The notes beneath the pieces were generated by a model. That model made no database searches. It saw only the letters and a program-made list of their open reading frames with translations, and was not told the DNA's origin. From Macrostomum lignano (taxonomy: Eukaryota), in NCBI GenBank assembly GCA_002269645.1, contig NIVC01000939.1, positions 310,001 to 374,000 on the forward strand: a stretch of DNA of 64,000 nucleotides, in the 5' to 3' direction. The first letter of the stretch is position 1; each line of letters opens with the position of its first letter. The position numbers were made by a program, and so were the translations under genes. This document shows positions 61,709-64,000 of this stretch, one piece after another.

Positions 61709-61941
61709 CGTAGTTAGGGTTTAAATGTACCTGCAGTCAATAAGTGCAGACAGAGGCCTTGCCTAGTTTATTAGATGTCTTGTTTACAGTTTTCTGCAGG
61801 CTTTTTGATTACTTCGCGAGTCACTGGTCCCTGTGCTCATAACTTCATAACCTTGCATTTGACCACCTAGGTAGTAAGAAAATATTACAGGTAAATTATT
61901 TAATCAGGTAATTTTAAAATGATTCTGTTTGACACCCGCAA

Positions 61942-62622
61942 TTCGGTGGCACGTACGCCGACCTGGACTACAGCCTGGCGCGAAGTCTCCACGAGTTTCG
62001 TCGCTTCTCCAGTGTTGTCACTCGCGAGCCGGAGACGCACTCGCTGGATTTTTTCGGACCGAACTGGCCGATCAGGCCGGTTGCCAATCCGGCCTTCCTC
62101 ATGTCGGCACCAGGACATAAGTTCTTCAGGTTCGTGCTCGATAAACTGGCTCTTATGCAGCCGAACTGGGATATTCTCGGCTTTGCCGGACCAATCGGCC
62201 TCACGAGAATCTTGGAGCAATACGCGGCCAAGCAGCCGCAGACGAACGACTCGATGGAAACGGTGTACGTTCCGCCTTCGTTCAGCTTCTACCCGTACGA
62301 GAACAACTCGCTAAGTGGCGTTTCAAAGGAGTTCAGAAAGCACCGACTTTTCCAGATGGGAGAGCGCTGCAAAAGACTGGCACACAGCTCAGAGCCACGG
62401 ATGCGGCTTCTTAGAAAGGTGAAAAATCTGGTGCAGCTGTGCTCAGACCTCACCAATTACAATCCCGTCACGGACTCGTCACCACCTGTGTACGCCGTTC
62501 ACGATATGCGCAAGAGCGGGACGAGTTGGGATGGTGTTCGAAGACGGGAGTACTCCAACCTGATAAACATTACGCAAGTTTTGAAAGGCATAAGGTTTGG
62601 CGCGAATTTCAATATGGTTTAG
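61942..62622 (+). CDS. DXD-motif glycosyltransferase, exon 2 (non-canonical acceptor)
   Basis: FGGTYADLDY...VANPAFLMSAPGHKFF...GPIGLT...FYPY in one open frame to the stop. The acceptor reads CAA instead of CAG. Confidence 0.78.
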   Translation, partial: FGGTYADLDYSLARSLHEFRRFSSVVTREPETHSLDFFGPNWPIRPVANPAFLMSAPGHKFFRFVLDKLALMQPNWDILGFAGPIGLTRILEQYAAKQPQTNDSMETVYVPPSFSFYPYENNSLSGVSKEFRKHRLFQMGERCKRLAHSSEPRMRLLRKVKNLVQLCSDLTNYNPVTDSSPPVYAVHDMRKSGTSWDGVRRREYSNLINITQVLKGIRFGANFNMV

Positions 62623-63449
62623 AGACAATTAAAAATTAAAAAAAATGTATCCCACCGCTGAATCACCAAGTTGTTGCTATATTTACTACTCATAGAATAT
62701 TCTCACAGTAGCCACCAAGTTGTTCTGGGTTTCAATTTATTTTCTTAACCAATTGTAAGTCTAGGACTCATTGTATCATAAGGCTCACCGCTTACTTTCC
62801 TCTTACGGGTTCTCTCCTTTCTTGCTGCTTCTCAGAGTATTAAGTCAAAACGCCTTGCTTTTCTTAGACGGAATCAGAGTGACGGCGGGCGAAAACTAAA
62901 AGGCCCGAAAACGCTTGTATTTGTAGTATATGGGGGAGGTTGGGTGCGGGGGCATGAATAAACAAATTTTTCTATATCAATATAACAAAATTAATTTTCC
63001 CTATTTTAACAAAAATATTTCAATCCATTTAAACAAATTTAACAAAGAAACAAAAAAACGAGAACTTCCTATCTCCGTAGTGTATTTTTTCGGAAGAGCT
63101 TGCCTTCGAAATTGTTTCTAAGAAACGTTCTACTTCAGTAGTCCTTGATTCTAACAGTGTCTAAAATGAATGAAGTTTTTAGATAATTTAGGTGTAGTAT
63201 TCTGTGATGAAACAAATAGTTTAGCCCTAGAGAAACCTAATTGAGGTGATATGTGATTTTAAAGCTAGCACTTAAAAGCTAGTCCATGCAAACGTTATGA
63301 CGAACTTCAGCTTCTCATTAAAAAAGGTTTTAGTGCAAGGTGAATGCGGTAAATAAACAGTAAGTAGTTCCCATCTGTAAAACATTTTAATCCAAAAATG
63401 GTGAAAAGGCCATGAAGTAACCGATTGAAATCTCTATTGACTTGCCTGC

Positions 63450-63985
63450 GTGCACGAGCGCTCTAGTTTATATTTGTTTTGTGCTGGATTGCAGCTTTAT
63501 TAACTCCACATCATTTACAACTTCTATTCGATTTTCTGTTGCACAATTTCAATATCAATAATCCAACCAGTACTTTAAATCAATCTTGCCCAGATTTTTA
63601 AGTAGGCCCTCACTTTGTTCTATTTTTAAATGCTTTTCTAGTCATGATTTTCATCTTTTATATTGGCTGATATTTATATTCCTAATTTTTTATAAATCTT
63701 GTCTCACTTTTTACTTCATGTTATAATGGCTTGTGCCTCATCAACTTTTTAATAAAGTTGCTGATTTCTTTAACTATGTCATCTTTTATAATGACTGACA
63801 TTGTCTCGAATTCAATTTGCACGAGCGCTCCAGTTTATATTTGTTTTGCTGGATTGCGATTTTATCAACTGACATCACTTACAATTTCTATTCGGACTTA
63901 CTCTTGCCTGCGCAATTTCAACAGCCATTGTGTGGTACTTTGAATCAATCTTTCCCAGGTCTTAAGTAGGTCCTAACTTTGCCCT
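63450..63985. repeat. Diverged ~365-bp tandem duplication
   Basis: CGAGCGCTC.AGTTTATATTTGTTTTG at ~63456 and ~63821; AATCAATCTT.CCCAG...AAGTAGG in both copies. Confidence 0.7.
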
Positions 63986-64000
63986 AGAAGAGTTTTCTAT

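Overview
Repeat-rich animal nuclear DNA with GT-AG introns, GC-rich exons, minisatellite-filled introns and TTAGGG repeats. A Macrostomum-like flatworm is my guess, not provable from the sequence. Host genes: an intronless FkbM-type methyltransferase (2046-3197, -), a five-exon Axin (16309-21460, +) and a two-exon DXD glycosyltransferase (60322-62622, +). Mobile DNA: a decayed Ty3/Gypsy element with a nested LINE fragment, a Harbinger-like MITE, a hAT MITE, a foldback element carrying an RTE fragment, and a decayed Polinton/Maverick (capsid, PZ-like, PLA2-integrase). The Polinton integrase is split by a 19.45-kb Helitron-like insertion that holds a 10-kb satellite and a 6.1-kb hAT transposon. 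Top finding: the Polinton PLA2-like gene is interrupted, inside its G-P-G-T motif, by an 877-nt group I intron (58055-58931, -; IC1-like core) that encodes a decayed PD-(D/E)XK restriction-endonuclease-like ORF. All helices and alignments were worked out by eye; no database search was run.
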